Assembly: GCA_963789265.1 (NCBI GenBank)
Contig: CAWBKB010000001.1
Span: forward strand, 1,120,001-1,184,000
DNA: 64,000 nucleotides
Reading direction: 5' to 3'
Source: an uncultured delta proteobacterium
Lineage (GTDB): Bacteria; Desulfobacterota; Desulfomonilia; Desulfomonilales; Desulfomonilaceae
In this document: one piece after another, positions 40,342-51,345 of the stretch
How positions within the stretch are numbered: the stretch's first letter is position 1
Layout of the letters: the number at the start of each line of letters is the position of its first letter
Translations under genes and position numbers: made by a program
The notes under the pieces: generated by a model
What the model was told of the DNA's origin: nothing
Databases searched by the model: none
What the model saw: only the letters and a program-made list of their open reading frames with translations

Positions 40342-41901
40342 TTACCGAGCGAATTCTACAGCCCTTGCTTCCCTTATAACCACTATCTTGATCTGGCCCG
40401 GATAAGAGAGTTCTTTTTCGATTTTCTTTCGTATATCGTGGGCCAATAGGGTAAGCCCTTCATCGCCGATATTCGAGTTTTCTACGATGATACGAATTTC
40501 TCGTCCCGCCTGTATGGCAAAGGACTTGCTTACGCCCTTGAACGAATCGGCTATTCTTTCAAGGTCTTCGAGACGTTTGACGTAGTTTTCCAGCATCTCC
40601 CGCCGCGCGCCGGGTCTGGCCGCGGACAACGTGTCAGCCGCCTGGACCAGCACCGCCAGCGTGCTGGTGGGGTCCTCGTCACCGTGATGTGCAGCAATGG
40701 CATTGACAATCAGGGAGGATTCGCCGTGGCGGCGTGCTATGTCCGCGCCTATTATGGCATGCGCCCCCTCCACCTCGTGATCGATGGCCTTGCCTATGTC
40801 GTGAAGCAGACCGGCGCGTTTTGCTTTCTTAGGATTCAGTCCGAGTTCCGCGGCCATGATGCCGCACAGGAACGCGACTTCAATAGAATGCTGATAAACG
40901 TTTTGAGCGAAGGAGGTCCTATACTTGAGTTTGCCCACCAGCTTTATCAATTCCGCGTTAATGCCGTGAACACCCACATCGAAACTGGCTTGCTCTCCCG
41001 CCTCGATGATAGTCTCCTCCATCTCCTGAGTGACTTTTTTTACTACTTCCTCGATTCGAGCGGGGTGGATTCTGCCGTCGGTGATGAGCCTCTCGAGAGC
41101 TATCCTTGCAACTTCTCGCCGGATGGAGTTGTAACCGGAAAGTATGACGGCCTCGGGAGTGTCGTCAATTATGAGATCTATTCCGGTGGCGGCTTCTATT
41201 CCGCGAATGTTGCGGCCTTCGCGGCCTATAATTCGCCCTTTCATTTCCTCGTTGGGGAGGTTCACCACGGAAACGGTTCGTTCCGCCACGTAATCCGCTG
41301 CATATCGGCCTACTGCCGTAGAGATGATTTCTTTGGCTTTTTTGTCGGACTGGGCGAGAGTTTCCTCCTCTATTTGCCTTATGATCTTGCCGCTTTCGAT
41401 TCGCGTCTCATCGCTGACCTTTTGCAGAAGCATTTCCTTGGCATCGAGGGCTGACAGACCGGCAACCTGTTCTAACTTTTCCAGTTGGTTCTTGACCAGC
41501 TTTTCCGCCTCGAGCTCTTTTTCTTTTGCTCTCTTGTGCCCCGTATCTATGTCTTTTTCGCGTTTGGCTAAGGCCATTTCTTTAGATTCGAATTGTGAGG
41601 TCTTTCTTTCGAGGTTCTCTTCCTTTTTCAGGAGACGCGCTTCCCGCACCGATATTTCAGCACGTCGTTCCTTTATCTCGTGCTCAAGATCCGTTCGAGA
41701 TTGGAACAGCTTATCTTTGGCCTGAAGAAGGGCCTCTTTTTGGACGGTTTCAGCCTCCTTTTTGGCGGCTTTGATGATTTCGTCCGCTTCAGATTTGGCC
41801 GAGTGGCCTCGGCTGTTATCGAGGATTCTTGTCACGGCGTATCCAGCCGCACCCCCCACTAATATAGCGACAAGGGCAGGAAGAAGGGAAATCAATTCCA
41901 C
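40342..41901 (-). CDS. rny: Ribonuclease Y
   Basis: N-terminal TM, coiled coil, KH motif [15 protein letters not shown] motif LLHDIGKA. Confidence 0.97.
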   Translation of the reverse strand: MELISLLPALVAILVGGAAGYAVTRILDNSRGHSAKSEADEIIKAAKKEAETVQKEALLQAKDKLFQSRTDLEHEIKERRAEISVREARLLKKEENLERKTSQFESKEMALAKREKDIDTGHKRAKEKELEAEKLVKNQLEKLEQVAGLSALDAKEMLLQKVSDETRIESGKIIRQIEEETLAQSDKKAKEIISTAVGRYAADYVAERTVSVVNLPNEEMKGRIIGREGRNIRGIEAATGIDLIIDDTPEAVILSGYNSIRREVARIALERLITDGRIHPARIEEVVKKVTQEMEETIIEAGEQASFDVGVHGINAELIKLVGKLKYRTSFAQNVYQHSIEVAFLCGIMAAELGLNPKKAKRAGLLHDIGKAIDHEVEGAHAIIGADIARRHGESSLIVNAIAAHHGDEDPTSTLAVLVQAADTLSAARPGARREMLENYVKRLEDLERIADSFKGVSKSFAIQAGREIRIIVENSNIGDEGLTLLAHDIRKKIEKELSYPGQIKIVVIREARAVEFAR

Positions 41902-42120
41902 AGCCCACTCCAGTGTATGTATTTGACGGGATGCTTACGCGGACAGAGCGGGGGAGGATGTCGAGTCTTCAAAGAATGGGTTAAGGGTAAGAAGTATAAA
42001 CTGCGTGCCGATTACCCAAAGAACGACGTATATATGTACTCCGCCGAATGGCTATCCAGGGCTGCCGCCCGCATCCCGGTTGTAAGGCGAAAAGCAACGA
42101 GTGATCAGGCGATTTGAAGA

Positions 42121-42300
42121 AATCCCCCGCAAGCAGCCGTGCAGACAGAACTTTTGAACCTGGTTACCCAGGTGGGACCCTATCGACTGCTTCAGGCTTC
42201 CTGCTTCAGGGCAGGCATGCTCACCACAGCCGGGGGCGGTTCCCATTTTTTGAGTGTTGGCTCAAAAAATTGCTGTCTATCACGCACTGCGCAGGGGATT
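42121..42300 (-). ncRNA. ssrS: 6S RNA
   Basis: About 180 nt directly downstream of zapA; complementary ends aatcccctgcg / gcgggggatt; gagcc..ggttc inner pairing; canonical zapA-ssrS-rny context. Confidence 0.85.
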
Positions 42301-42309
42301 GCCGCAACT

Positions 42310-42630
42310 TCAAACGACCCGGTCGATGGCTCTTATGAGCCGATCGGTCTTTTCCTCCAGTTCTTTTATAGTCTGCTCCTTAGCCAGCTTGTATTGGAAC
42401 ATCTCGTCTGCGACGTTCACCAGTGTCAAAATCGCCAAATCCAGTGTAGATATCACGGAAGCCTGGCGCTGGATTTCATTTGCTCTCTCTTTGATGAAAT
42501 CCGCGAGTGTTTGAATGTACTTCTTGTTCCCGTGTCCTCGTATGCTGTACTCGCGACCGAACAATCGCACCTTTACGGCTTCAGTCAACTCCTCCGAGTT
42601 GTTCCCGTAATCCAAAGCATTACCGGCCAA
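42310..42630 (-). CDS. zapA: Cell division protein ZapA
   Basis: VRLFGREYSI..LAILTLVNVADE; context. Confidence 0.9.
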   Translation of the reverse strand: MAGNALDYGNNSEELTEAVKVRLFGREYSIRGHGNKKYIQTLADFIKERANEIQRQASVISTLDLAILTLVNVADEMFQYKLAKEQTIKELEEKTDRLIRAIDRVV

Positions 42631-42638
42631 TTGCTCTT

Positions 42639-42860
42639 TCAGGTGAATGCCTCCAGCTTCTCGATGATTCTGTCCAGTTTACCTTTGGCCGATTTGTGAT
42701 CCTTTTGGATTTTCTTGAGGGTACGATCCAATTCGCCGATTCGTTTGTCCCTCTTTTCCAGTTCCCTGCTAAACCGTTCTTGCTCTTTTTTGGACAGATC
42801 ATTTTGCTCTATCAAATGCATGATCTTCTCTTCGAGAAGAGCAAGCTTATCAGCATTCAT
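42639..42860 (-). CDS. ZapB-like coiled-coil protein
   Basis: 73-aa coiled coil immediately upstream of zapA. Confidence 0.75.
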   Translation of the reverse strand: MNADKLALLEEKIMHLIEQNDLSKKEQERFSRELEKRDKRIGELDRTLKKIQKDHKSAKGKLDRIIEKLEAFT

Positions 42861-43108
42861 AGGGGATCTCCAAGAGATTTTTTGAGAACCGCTTTAATTA
42901 TATTTCTTTAGGAAGAGGTGTCAAGAAGTATCTTGAACCGGTACCAGGCCCATTACAAGCTACAAGTCTTTAATTTTAGGTTAGATTAGGCCGATTCCCA
43001 GCATACAAAAAAACGCGCGGGAAAAGTTTTGGGCACGTCGTCGAAGGCAAAATAGAGCGCATAACAAGCAGATGCAGGGAGCTCAACGGCAAGATCACGG
43101 CGGCTATT

Positions 43109-43438
43109 TTAAGATTCAGACTCTTCTTGCTGAAGGCCACGGGAATCGATCAGTTTCTGAATCTTCCTGTGAAATGTGTTTCGGCTCATACCGAGCCACT
43201 TTGCAGCTTGCAGTTTGTTGCCGCGGCTTCGTTCAAGCACTTTAATGATTAAACGCTTCTCTACCTCTCCCATTATGAGAGGATGAATCCCTTTCACGTT
43301 GTTGTCCACCAGGTACTCTACCAACGTGTCAATGGAGTCAGCGATGTTGGTCTTGAGTACACCCTTCGCCTTGCCGGTTTTACGGGGACCTTCGCGCATT
43401 TCCGGGTCCGAAATCTTATCGGTTCTTTCCGCTGTCAT
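43109..43438 (-). CDS. Fis-family HTH DNA-binding protein
   Basis: EVEKRLIIKVLERSRGNKLQAAKWLGMSRNTFHRKI; ATGA overlap with dusB. Confidence 0.88.
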   Translation of the reverse strand: MTAERTDKISDPEMREGPRKTGKAKGVLKTNIADSIDTLVEYLVDNNVKGIHPLIMGEVEKRLIIKVLERSRGNKLQAAKWLGMSRNTFHRKIQKLIDSRGLQQEESES

Positions 43439-44409
43439 GAGATCGCGACTTTCCCAAAGAACTGCTGCGTGAGATGCATGAGTGCATCCCGATCGTCCAG
43501 AGTGAAGACCGTGCGCCGGAACTCGCTCCCTTGGGCAAACCCTTTCGAGTACCATGCCAAATGTTTTTGCATCAGGCGAACAGCAGTGCGGCCATCCCAC
43601 CACTCCAGGATATATCGGAAGTGTTCGCGGATCACATCAATAAAGGTCAATATGCCTTCAGACATTCCGGTACCGCCGTCGGCTCGTTCAAGAATCCGGC
43701 CGGGCAGCCACGGCCTTCCTACGGCGCCCCTTCCTACCATGACCCCGTCACATCCTGTACGAATCGCCATTTCTATTGCGTCCTCCACGTCTTGGATTCC
43801 GCCGTTGCCTATTACAGGTATCCCAACCGTCTTCTTGACCTCTTCCAAGACGGTCAGAGACGGAGGGCCGGAATGAGCCCTGGATCTACTCCGAGAATGC
43901 ACGATCAGTGCATTTGCCCCCTCAGACTCAATCACGCGCGCGACCGCCGCTGCATTTGGGTTCGCTTCGTCCCACCCCAACCTCATCTTTACCGTAAGGG
44001 GAATACTAAGCACTTTTCGCATCGCAGCAACAATCCGGCCCGCAAGTCCGATATTTTTCATGAGCGCGGCGCCGGCCCCTCGATTTACGACCTTTCTTGC
44101 GGGACAACCCATGTTTACGTCTATTGCCGCTGCCCCTTCGTCCTGAAGCCTTTTGGCCGCTTCAGCCATCACCTCCGGATCTGTCCCGGCGAGTTGAAAG
44201 ACAGTAGGGGCTTCGCTGCAACGAATCTGCATTGTACGCATCGTGTCTGAGGTTCTCGCCACGCTATCTGCACTGATCATTTCAGTCCACACAGCCGACA
44301 CCCCAAACTTCTGAACTATCTTCCGAAAGGAAGGATCGGTGATCCCAACCATAGGCGCCAAAAAAACATTTCCCACCAGATCAAGATTTCCGATCTTCAT
44401 CGGGTGCAC
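43435..44409 (-). CDS. dusB: tRNA-dihydrouridine synthase B
   Basis: LAPMVGITD, DVNMGCP, GAGAALM, VKMRLGW, NGGI, MVGRG. Confidence 0.93.
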   Translation of the reverse strand: MHPMKIGNLDLVGNVFLAPMVGITDPSFRKIVQKFGVSAVWTEMISADSVARTSDTMRTMQIRCSEAPTVFQLAGTDPEVMAEAAKRLQDEGAAAIDVNMGCPARKVVNRGAGAALMKNIGLAGRIVAAMRKVLSIPLTVKMRLGWDEANPNAAAVARVIESEGANALIVHSRSRSRAHSGPPSLTVLEEVKKTVGIPVIGNGGIQDVEDAIEMAIRTGCDGVMVGRGAVGRPWLPGRILERADGGTGMSEGILTFIDVIREHFRYILEWWDGRTAVRLMQKHLAWYSKGFAQGSEFRRTVFTLDDRDALMHLTQQFFGKVAIS

Positions 44410-45778
44410 CCGGCCCCTGATCCCTTCTCAGAGGAAAAATCTTTTGCTTGGCCCTGGAAACCGCCAGGCTTCTCGGAGGCACGTCGCGAGTTATGGTGCT
44501 GCCCGCACCCACGATGCTGCCTTCGCCTATCTCCACTGGGGCGATGAACTGGACATCCGAACCTATAAAGCATCTGTCGCCTATAGTGGTGGGATGCTTT
44601 TTTTTGCCGTCATAGTTGCAGGTAATGGTTCCGCATCCGATATTGACATCAGCCCCGATTAGGCTATCGCCGAGGTAGGTGAGGTGAGCGGCTTTTGAGC
44701 CGTTTCCCACCGCAGTCTTCTTAACTTCCACGAAATTCCCGATCCTTGCATTCTTTCCGATCCTTGCATCCGGCCTGAGATTAGCCATCGGTCCCACGGT
44801 AGTGCCGTCATCTACCGAGGCCCGGTCGAGTCGAGAACCCTGCAAGATTCTCACGCCGTCTCCCAGTATACTGTCCATAATATAGACGCCGGATTCTATG
44901 ACGCAATTCCGTCCAATCTCGGTACGGCCCGAAATGGTCACGCAAGGATGAATCACGGTGTCCGCCCCGACTCCGACCTGCGAGTCAACATAAACCGATG
45001 AAGGATCTAGTAGCGTGACACCAGAATCCATCAGCTCTTCACGGAGGCGGTTCCATACCATTGCCGAAACGCGGGCCAGGTCAGCGCGCGTATTGATTCC
45101 TGTCGCTTCCTTGGCGTTCGCAAGTACAAAAGCATGGACCGGTATCGATTCTTTCGTCGCCTCCTTCACGATGTCGGTCAAGTAGTACTCGCCCTGCGAA
45201 TTGTTCGAGCCTATCTTGTCCACGAGTGAATAGAGGAGTTTGGCATTTGCAACGTACACGCCCGTATTGATCTCCTTTACGGCCTTTTGCGAGTCATTCG
45301 CATCTCTGTCTTCCACAATTCCAGCTACTTGACCGCGGTCAGTCCTTACGATCCGTCCGTATCCGGCCGCAATCTCGGGAAACGCAGTCATCACCGTCAA
45401 TTTGCTCTCATTTCCTCGGTGGAAGCGAATTAATTCCTCTATGGTTCGAGACTGAACGAGCGGGATGTCTCCGCACAGGATCAGGATGTCGCCGGAAAAT
45501 TCCTTGAACAAGTCTCTTGCGGATGCCACGGCATGGCCTGTGCCCAGTTGCGGTTCCTGTATGGCAAACTCAACCCCCGAGGATCCGGCTACCTTTCTAA
45601 CTTCTGCGGATTCATGGCCCACCACTAATACAATTTTTTGGAATCCACACGAATGAACTGCGTCTATCACATAAGAAATCATCGGGCGGCCTGCTACAGG
45701 ATGCAAGACCTTGCATACCCCGGATTTCATGCGCGTGCCTTTACCAGCCGCCAATATGAGAGCAGTAATCTCTTCCAT
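44381..45778 (-). CDS. glmU: Bifunctional UDP-GlcNAc pyrophosphorylase/acetyltransferase
   Basis: LAAGKGTRMKS, QLGTGHAV, EYYLTD, GNFVEVKK, HLTYLGD, CNYDG. Confidence 0.97.
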   Translation of the reverse strand: MEEITALILAAGKGTRMKSGVCKVLHPVAGRPMISYVIDAVHSCGFQKIVLVVGHESAEVRKVAGSSGVEFAIQEPQLGTGHAVASARDLFKEFSGDILILCGDIPLVQSRTIEELIRFHRGNESKLTVMTAFPEIAAGYGRIVRTDRGQVAGIVEDRDANDSQKAVKEINTGVYVANAKLLYSLVDKIGSNNSQGEYYLTDIVKEATKESIPVHAFVLANAKEATGINTRADLARVSAMVWNRLREELMDSGVTLLDPSSVYVDSQVGVGADTVIHPCVTISGRTEIGRNCVIESGVYIMDSILGDGVRILQGSRLDRASVDDGTTVGPMANLRPDARIGKNARIGNFVEVKKTAVGNGSKAAHLTYLGDSLIGADVNIGCGTITCNYDGKKKHPTTIGDRCFIGSDVQFIAPVEIGEGSIVGAGSTITRDVPPRSLAVSRAKQKIFPLRRDQGPGAPDEDRKS

Positions 45779-46009
45779 AATCACGCAAAAGTCGCATCGA
45801 CTAAATTGAACGTGGCAAACTTATCGCTTTGTTAGAATGCTGTCAAGCTGCCTTTTCCTATCGAGGAAGGCTTTCACCGAACTTCTGCTTTGAAGTAGTA
45901 ATTGATAGACCGCGCAATGGATCAGGTTCGTCAGTCTTACTGCACTTGTTCCCTGTGGATCGAAAGGCTACACTCGCGTCGTTTGCAGAGGTTCCGCGGG
46001 AGGGCTGGG

Positions 46010-46567
46010 ATGATGAAATCGGACCGAACCTTCAAATTGGCCGTCTTGGGTTCCGCTTCGGCTAACGATACGTCGCCTGGCTGGGAGAAAGCAGTGAGGA
46101 TCGGTAGGTCTGTAGGGGCCCGGAGCGAAGTCCTTTTGACCGGAGCATGTCCGGGATATCCTTATGCCGCTACTCTGGGGGCCAACTCCGCCGGCGGACT
46201 GACCGTGGGAATTTCTCCGGCAATGAACAGGGAGGAGCACGCAAACATTTACTCTTACCCATTGGAGAGTCGGATCAACCTGTTCACCGGTATGGGGGCC
46301 AAAGGACGCAATGTCATCCTGATAAGGAGCGCGGATGCCTGCTTATTTATAGGTGGTGGAATGGGAACTCTAAATGAGTTCACCATCGCTTGTGCCGATT
46401 TGGGTCCAAGCTGCGCCATCGGCATTCTCACCGGGACCGGCGGCTTTTCGGACGAATTCCTCCGTCTGGTCGAGCTTTCCGGAAAATCTCCTCGCGCTCT
46501 GCTGGTCGCGGAGTGTGATCCGGAGAAGCTGGTGGAGAAACTTTTCAGGCATATAGCCGGGCAATAA
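46010..46567 (+). CDS. LOG/SLOG-family nucleotide-binding protein
   Basis: LTGACPG..GGLTVGISP..RNVILIRS..GGGMGTLNE. Confidence 0.85.
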   Translation: MMKSDRTFKLAVLGSASANDTSPGWEKAVRIGRSVGARSEVLLTGACPGYPYAATLGANSAGGLTVGISPAMNREEHANIYSYPLESRINLFTGMGAKGRNVILIRSADACLFIGGGMGTLNEFTIACADLGPSCAIGILTGTGGFSDEFLRLVELSGKSPRALLVAECDPEKLVEKLFRHIAGQ

Positions 46568-46726
46568 TTCTTCCGACCAGTATCTGAGCGCATGGGACAA
46601 AAAACCTGAGTTTTCAATGACATGGCCGCGAATAAACCTTGACCCGCGTCGAGAAGTGTGGTAGTACTCGAATTCCACATCCGACTAAGATTTTGCTATT
46701 TTGTCTTGGCAGAACTGGGGACCCGC

Positions 46727-48235
46727 ATGAAAACCTTGAGGTCTATCGCAAAGTCGCGTGCGTTCATCGGCCAAACTCGTGATAGCGAGCATGAAACCTT
46801 CAGGAAAGGAATAAGCAGAGCAAATCCGGCGCGGCACCCCGATCGACCAGTCAACCTGGAATACAGGGCCCCAGGCGGAGCGCCGCGCACCGAGCGCAAT
46901 GATTCGGTGTCGCCTCTCCATGCAGTATCTCGCCTGATAACAGCGGTAACAATCATTCTCGCTGCCGCGGTTCCTATTCTCTGGAACCCCATGCCGGCAT
47001 TTGCCCAGTATCCTCAGGGCCTAACAGAGGCGCTGGAAAATCAAAAGGCCGGAAGGCTCAAAGAAGCTATTGAAATCTACACTGAAGTCATCGCCAAGAA
47101 CCCGCGTTCCGCTGAGGCTTATAACTGGCGCGGAATGGCATACCAGGATCTGGGCCAACTGGACAAGGCATTGGCGGACTTCAACAAAGCCATAGCGATT
47201 GCCGGCGACTACGCGGATGCTTACAACAACCGGGGCGAGATTTATCGCGCGAAGAACATGATTCCTCAGGCTACAGCCGACTATCGTAGAGCAACTCAGT
47301 TGGAAAAGAACTTTGCTGAAGCCTATTACAACCTGGGGATGATGTATGAGACTAATAAACATGGAGAACGGGCGATAGCGGAGTATGAGAATTACCTGAA
47401 ATTTAAGCCTGACGCGGCTGACAAACAGCAGGTTCTGGAAAAAATCCAGGCATTGAAGAAAGCAGCAGTGGCTCAGCAACCTCACCCGCGTACCGCCGGG
47501 GAGAGGCCGGGGCAAAAGCCTGCGGCCGAAAGGCCGTTACCCGGGAAGCCTGCTGCCCCGAGTGCGGTGCCCGGAAAACCGGCCGTAGAGAAACCAGGAC
47601 TGTCAAAGCCGGCTATGCCGGCAAAGCCGCCCACACCCGCAAAGCCGGTTACACCCGCAAAGCCGGTTACACCCGCGAAACCGGTTACACCCGCGAAACC
47701 GATCACGCCCGCGAAACCGATCACGCCCGTGAAACCCCTCACACCACAGGGCATCGATCTCGGCATACCCGGTGTCCCGCAGATCCCGATGAGCCTCGAG
47801 GCGTTGATTGCCACGGCCACTCATTTGAGCCTGATAACTGCCGTAATCAATGCCATCGTATATCTTTTCTTCTCAATAATGCTTTTCCTCATTGCCGTCA
47901 AATCGAATACCAGTCTTCCTTGGTTGGCATTTATTCCTGTTGTTCAAGTGATAATCCTGCCGCTGATGATAGCGCGAAAGCCAATGTGGTGGCTGCTGTT
48001 GTTATTTCTTCCGATCATCTCTGTGGGTGCAGTCTTGCTCGAAACGGTAATGCCTACTGGTGGAATGCTCTTGCTTACTGTGCTCGGCGTCACTATGCTG
48101 ATCTCCGCCATTACGGTTCTACTTATCTGTCTGGGAATTGCCCGGGCGAGGCAAAAGTCTGCAGCCTGGGGCGTATTACTATTCATTCCCTGTACGTCGC
48201 CGATTGCCCTCGCGTATCTGGGGCTTTCGAGATAG
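46727..48235 (+). CDS. TPR protein with Pro/Lys-rich linker and C-terminal multi-TM domain (start uncertain)
   Basis: AEAYNWRG, ADAYNNRG, AEAYYNLG TPRs; TPAKPV repeats; WLAFIP..KPMWW membrane domain. Confidence 0.85.
   Translation: MKTLRSIAKSRAFIGQTRDSEHETFRKGISRANPARHPDRPVNLEYRAPGGAPRTERNDSVSPLHAVSRLITAVTIILAAAVPILWNPMPAFAQYPQGLTEALENQKAGRLKEAIEIYTEVIAKNPRSAEAYNWRGMAYQDLGQLDKALADFNKAIAIAGDYADAYNNRGEIYRAKNMIPQATADYRRATQLEKNFAEAYYNLGMMYETNKHGERAIAEYENYLKFKPDAADKQQVLEKIQALKKAAVAQQPHPRTAGERPGQKPAAERPLPGKPAAPSAVPGKPAVEKPGLSKPAMPAKPPTPAKPVTPAKPVTPAKPVTPAKPITPAKPITPVKPLTPQGIDLGIPGVPQIPMSLEALIATATHLSLITAVINAIVYLFFSIMLFLIAVKSNTSLPWLAFIPVVQVIILPLMIARKPMWWLLLLFLPIISVGAVLLETVMPTGGMLLLTVLGVTMLISAITVLLICLGIARARQKSAAWGVLLFIPCTSPIALAYLGLSR
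47633..47740 (+). repeat. 18-bp coding tandem repeat (about 6 units, TPAKPV/I)
   Basis: acacccgcaaagccggtt and variants in tandem. Confidence 0.9.
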
Positions 48236-48247
48236 CTCCGCACTTTC

Positions 48248-50762
48248 ATGAGGGACCCCAGCCTTGAGCCTGAATATTTCGTTCGTGACAGAATTGTCCG
48301 GTCGGAGCCTCTGATGACCCCAGATAGGGGCGAGTTTGAAACCCGCCCCTACTCCGTCCAGGCCGGTAACATTGAAATTACCGGCACGGAGGCCGGTCCC
48401 ACCCCCGAACGCTTCGCCGGCCTCGGGGATTCGATCCGGTTTCGTTCGTCTTTGCCCGTTCTGACTATCACAGTGCAGCCGCCGAAGAGAGACCTTTCAG
48501 AATTCAACCAGTTATCAGCAAAGCTTCTTAATTGCACGGCCAGATCTCTGTTGGTGGGGGTTAAGCTCATTCACGGCTCGGAAACGGGCGGATTCGGGAC
48601 TCCGGATGTGTCGTTATCCGGCGGTCGCGAAGAACTCCGCTCCGGCGCATGGACTGACTTGCGGTTCCCTGCTGAGAGCTTCGGAACTTACGGCACACCA
48701 CCCCACTGGAAAGATATTCGTGAGATCGAGCTTAGCTTCTCCCATGAACGTACCTATGAGGGGATGGACCCGATAGAAGTGGAAATAAGATCCCTGACCG
48801 GAGAACTTAGAGAAATTCCCCACGGGCCTCGCCTGACTCTCCAGGGTTTAGCTCACGCCTTAAACTCGGATCTTCGACCTGTAGCGCAATTCCTGGAAGA
48901 TGATAGAGGTGCAGTCAGGTGCGCTCGGCAGGTTTGGTCTCCAGGTCCTCCCTATGCGGCCGATGATTCCGGGCTTCTTATCCCGCCCCCGCATCCCTAT
49001 CCGCGAGAATCAGCAGATGAAATCCTCCGCGGGAGAATTATGGGTCGCTCGGTCGACTATCCGTTAGCGTGGGGAGACTGTCCGTCTGTGGTCCTGGAGT
49101 GGTGTCACTTCCTTAATCGTCACCATTTCATGAGACAACTGCTCATCGCCTTCGTGCAGACAAGATGCGAACGGTACATCGGGGAGTTGGGCAGGGTCAT
49201 ATCAAGTTGGATCGATTCCAACTCTGCGCCCGTTGGTTCCAACGGAGGTGCGGGACCTTCCTGGGAAACGCTTACTGTGGCCTGGCGGCTCAGGGAATGG
49301 CTTTGGGTGGCAGGCATAGCATGGCCGGTCGAGGCATTTCAGAAGTCGGTAAAATTGGACATGCTGCGCTCGATATGGGAACACGCGCGCAGCCTTATGG
49401 ATCATAGAGGGCACCCCAACAACTGGATCATCGTGGAATCTTCCTCTCTGGCCCTTGCCGGGATCTGTTTTCCCGGATTCCGGGAAGCCGAGCTTTGGAT
49501 GAAAACAGGGATAGAAAGACTCAAAACGGAATTCCATAGACAGTTCTTCAAGGACGGCGTGCACTTCGAAATCTCGCCCATGTATCATGCGATTTGTTTG
49601 CACGCGATGCTTGAGGTCAAGCAGGCTGCCGCGGCAAGAGAGATGCCTCTTCCCGAGACATTCGGTAGGCCGCTTGAAAGGTGTTTTGACTACCTCGCGG
49701 CCCTGTGTCGCCCCGACTTCACCTGGCCGTCCCTGAACGATTCCGGCTCCGTGTCTTCAGATTACACCACTCTAATGCGCAAAGCCGGAGAAGTATTTCA
49801 GCGCGAGGATTTCCAATGGATCGGATCGCGAGGGGATACGGGAACACCTCCGCCTGGTAGATTCCGTGTCTTTCCGGATGCGGGAATTGCTGCATTCCGG
49901 TCTGGACATCACCCGGACGCGAATTTCTTGGTTTTCCGGGCCGGACCGCCGGGCGCGGCACACGGGCACGGGGATGCGCTCTCCATTGATGTAACGGCTC
50001 TCGGTGTTCCGCGGCTTGTCGATCCCGGAATCACCTCCTACGCTCCGGATAAATTGACTCAGGTACTATCGCTCACCCGCGGCGCACAATGTCATCATGA
50101 TTGATGATCGCGGGCCGGACCGCTCCGCTTTGACATTCCGGGAAAAGGTCCGGAAGGCCGGATCTGACTTTTCGTGTTGGAGTGATGAATCTCTGGATGT
50201 AGCCACCGGAGTCTGTCACGGGCCCTGGGAAGGAATCAGAGATAAGTACGTTCTCACCCGTACCGTAGTGTTCGTCAAGCCGGATTACTGGATTGTCAGA
50301 GACCGGGTGGATGGCTCGGAAGAGCACGAGATATCAGCTCATTGGCAATTCTATCCGAGCAGAGTGGAGATAGACATCAAGACGCTCGCAGCACGATGCG
50401 TAGATGCACGCGGCCCCGGATTCGAGCTGAAGCCGTTGTTGGCTGCCAACAGAGCCGACATTGAAATCTCGACAGGATTGTTGAGCCCGCCCCGAGGATG
50501 GGTGTCTCTGAACGGCTCGGATGTTCCCGCGACGAGCTGTATTTACCGGGTGAAGACCTTTTTGCCGACCACACTAATTTGGCTTCTGCTGCCTTTCGAG
50601 AAGGGTTTTGCTTCAAGGATTCAGGCAATCCGACGGGATTCGGATGAAGGAGAAGTGACTCTGGAAATTCGGTTCCCGGAGGGACGGAACGACTTAATTA
50701 GGCTGGGCAAAGAACGGGTTGACGCGAAACGCCTCGGCCAGAACCCACCTGCATCGCGATAA
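48248..50762 (+). CDS. Heparinase II/III-like (alginate lyase fold) protein; +1 frameshift near 50062
   Basis: LNRHHF, NNW, DGVHFEISPMYH, HGHGDALS, VDPG; removing one G restores YYRSPAAHNVIMID joining the 50097 ORF. Confidence 0.9.
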
Positions 50763-50877
50763 GAATGCTCCGAGTTCGCGATTAGGCCTCGTGTAGGGCG
50801 GCCCGTGGCCGCCGTCCCGCGCCTCGCGGGATCGGGCATGGCCCGACCTACCCGCTCCGCCGACTCTCGAAATTCCC

Positions 50878-50988
50878 TCAAAGATGTCCTTCGAGGTGCT
50901 CTTCCGCCACAGTGGTCACATGGTGTCCGGCGTCTTCCAGTGGTGTTCGCCATCGAGGATCAGCGTTTTCGTCAAGCTTGAACTGCAC
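50878..50988 (-). pseudogene. DUF5615 PIN-like toxin, truncated to 36 codons
   Basis: MQFKLDEN..LEDAGHHVTTV..L.G overlapping the DUF433 stop, ending just before a REP cluster. Confidence 0.75.
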
Positions 50989-51226
50989 GATCGTGGCTCG
51001 CGTCAATTGAGATAACCCGTTCCCGGGCATTTTCAGCAGCATAGGCCAAGCAGGCCCGGATGTCGTCGCGAGTGAGAGCCGGGTATGCAGCCAAAATGTC
51101 CTCAAAGCTGTCGCCGCTTGCCAGGTAATTTAGTATGAGCCATACCATGATTCGCGTCCCTTTGACACAAGGCTGACCGTGGCACACGTTGGGATCTACG
51201 CTTATTCTTTCCAGGAGCGGAGACAT
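50972..51226 (-). CDS. DUF433 domain protein (putative antitoxin)
   Basis: RISVDPNVCHGQPCVKGTRI..ILAAYPALTRDDIRACLAYA. Confidence 0.93.
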   Translation of the reverse strand: MSPLLERISVDPNVCHGQPCVKGTRIMVWLILNYLASGDSFEDILAAYPALTRDDIRACLAYAAENARERVISIDASHDRAVQA

Positions 51227-51345
51227 GTCGATCCTCCAGCATCAAACTACACTTTGTGACTTCCCGGTCAGGTGATAGTTCCTATAAGTTTGAAAGGACA
51301 CCCGTAAGCACGGTATTGGAAGCTTCCGAGCATCGGTTGCAGCCC

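Noticed and set aside
47633..47740. CRISPR-like array
   Set aside because: Contiguous 18-bp coding repeats with no unique spacers.
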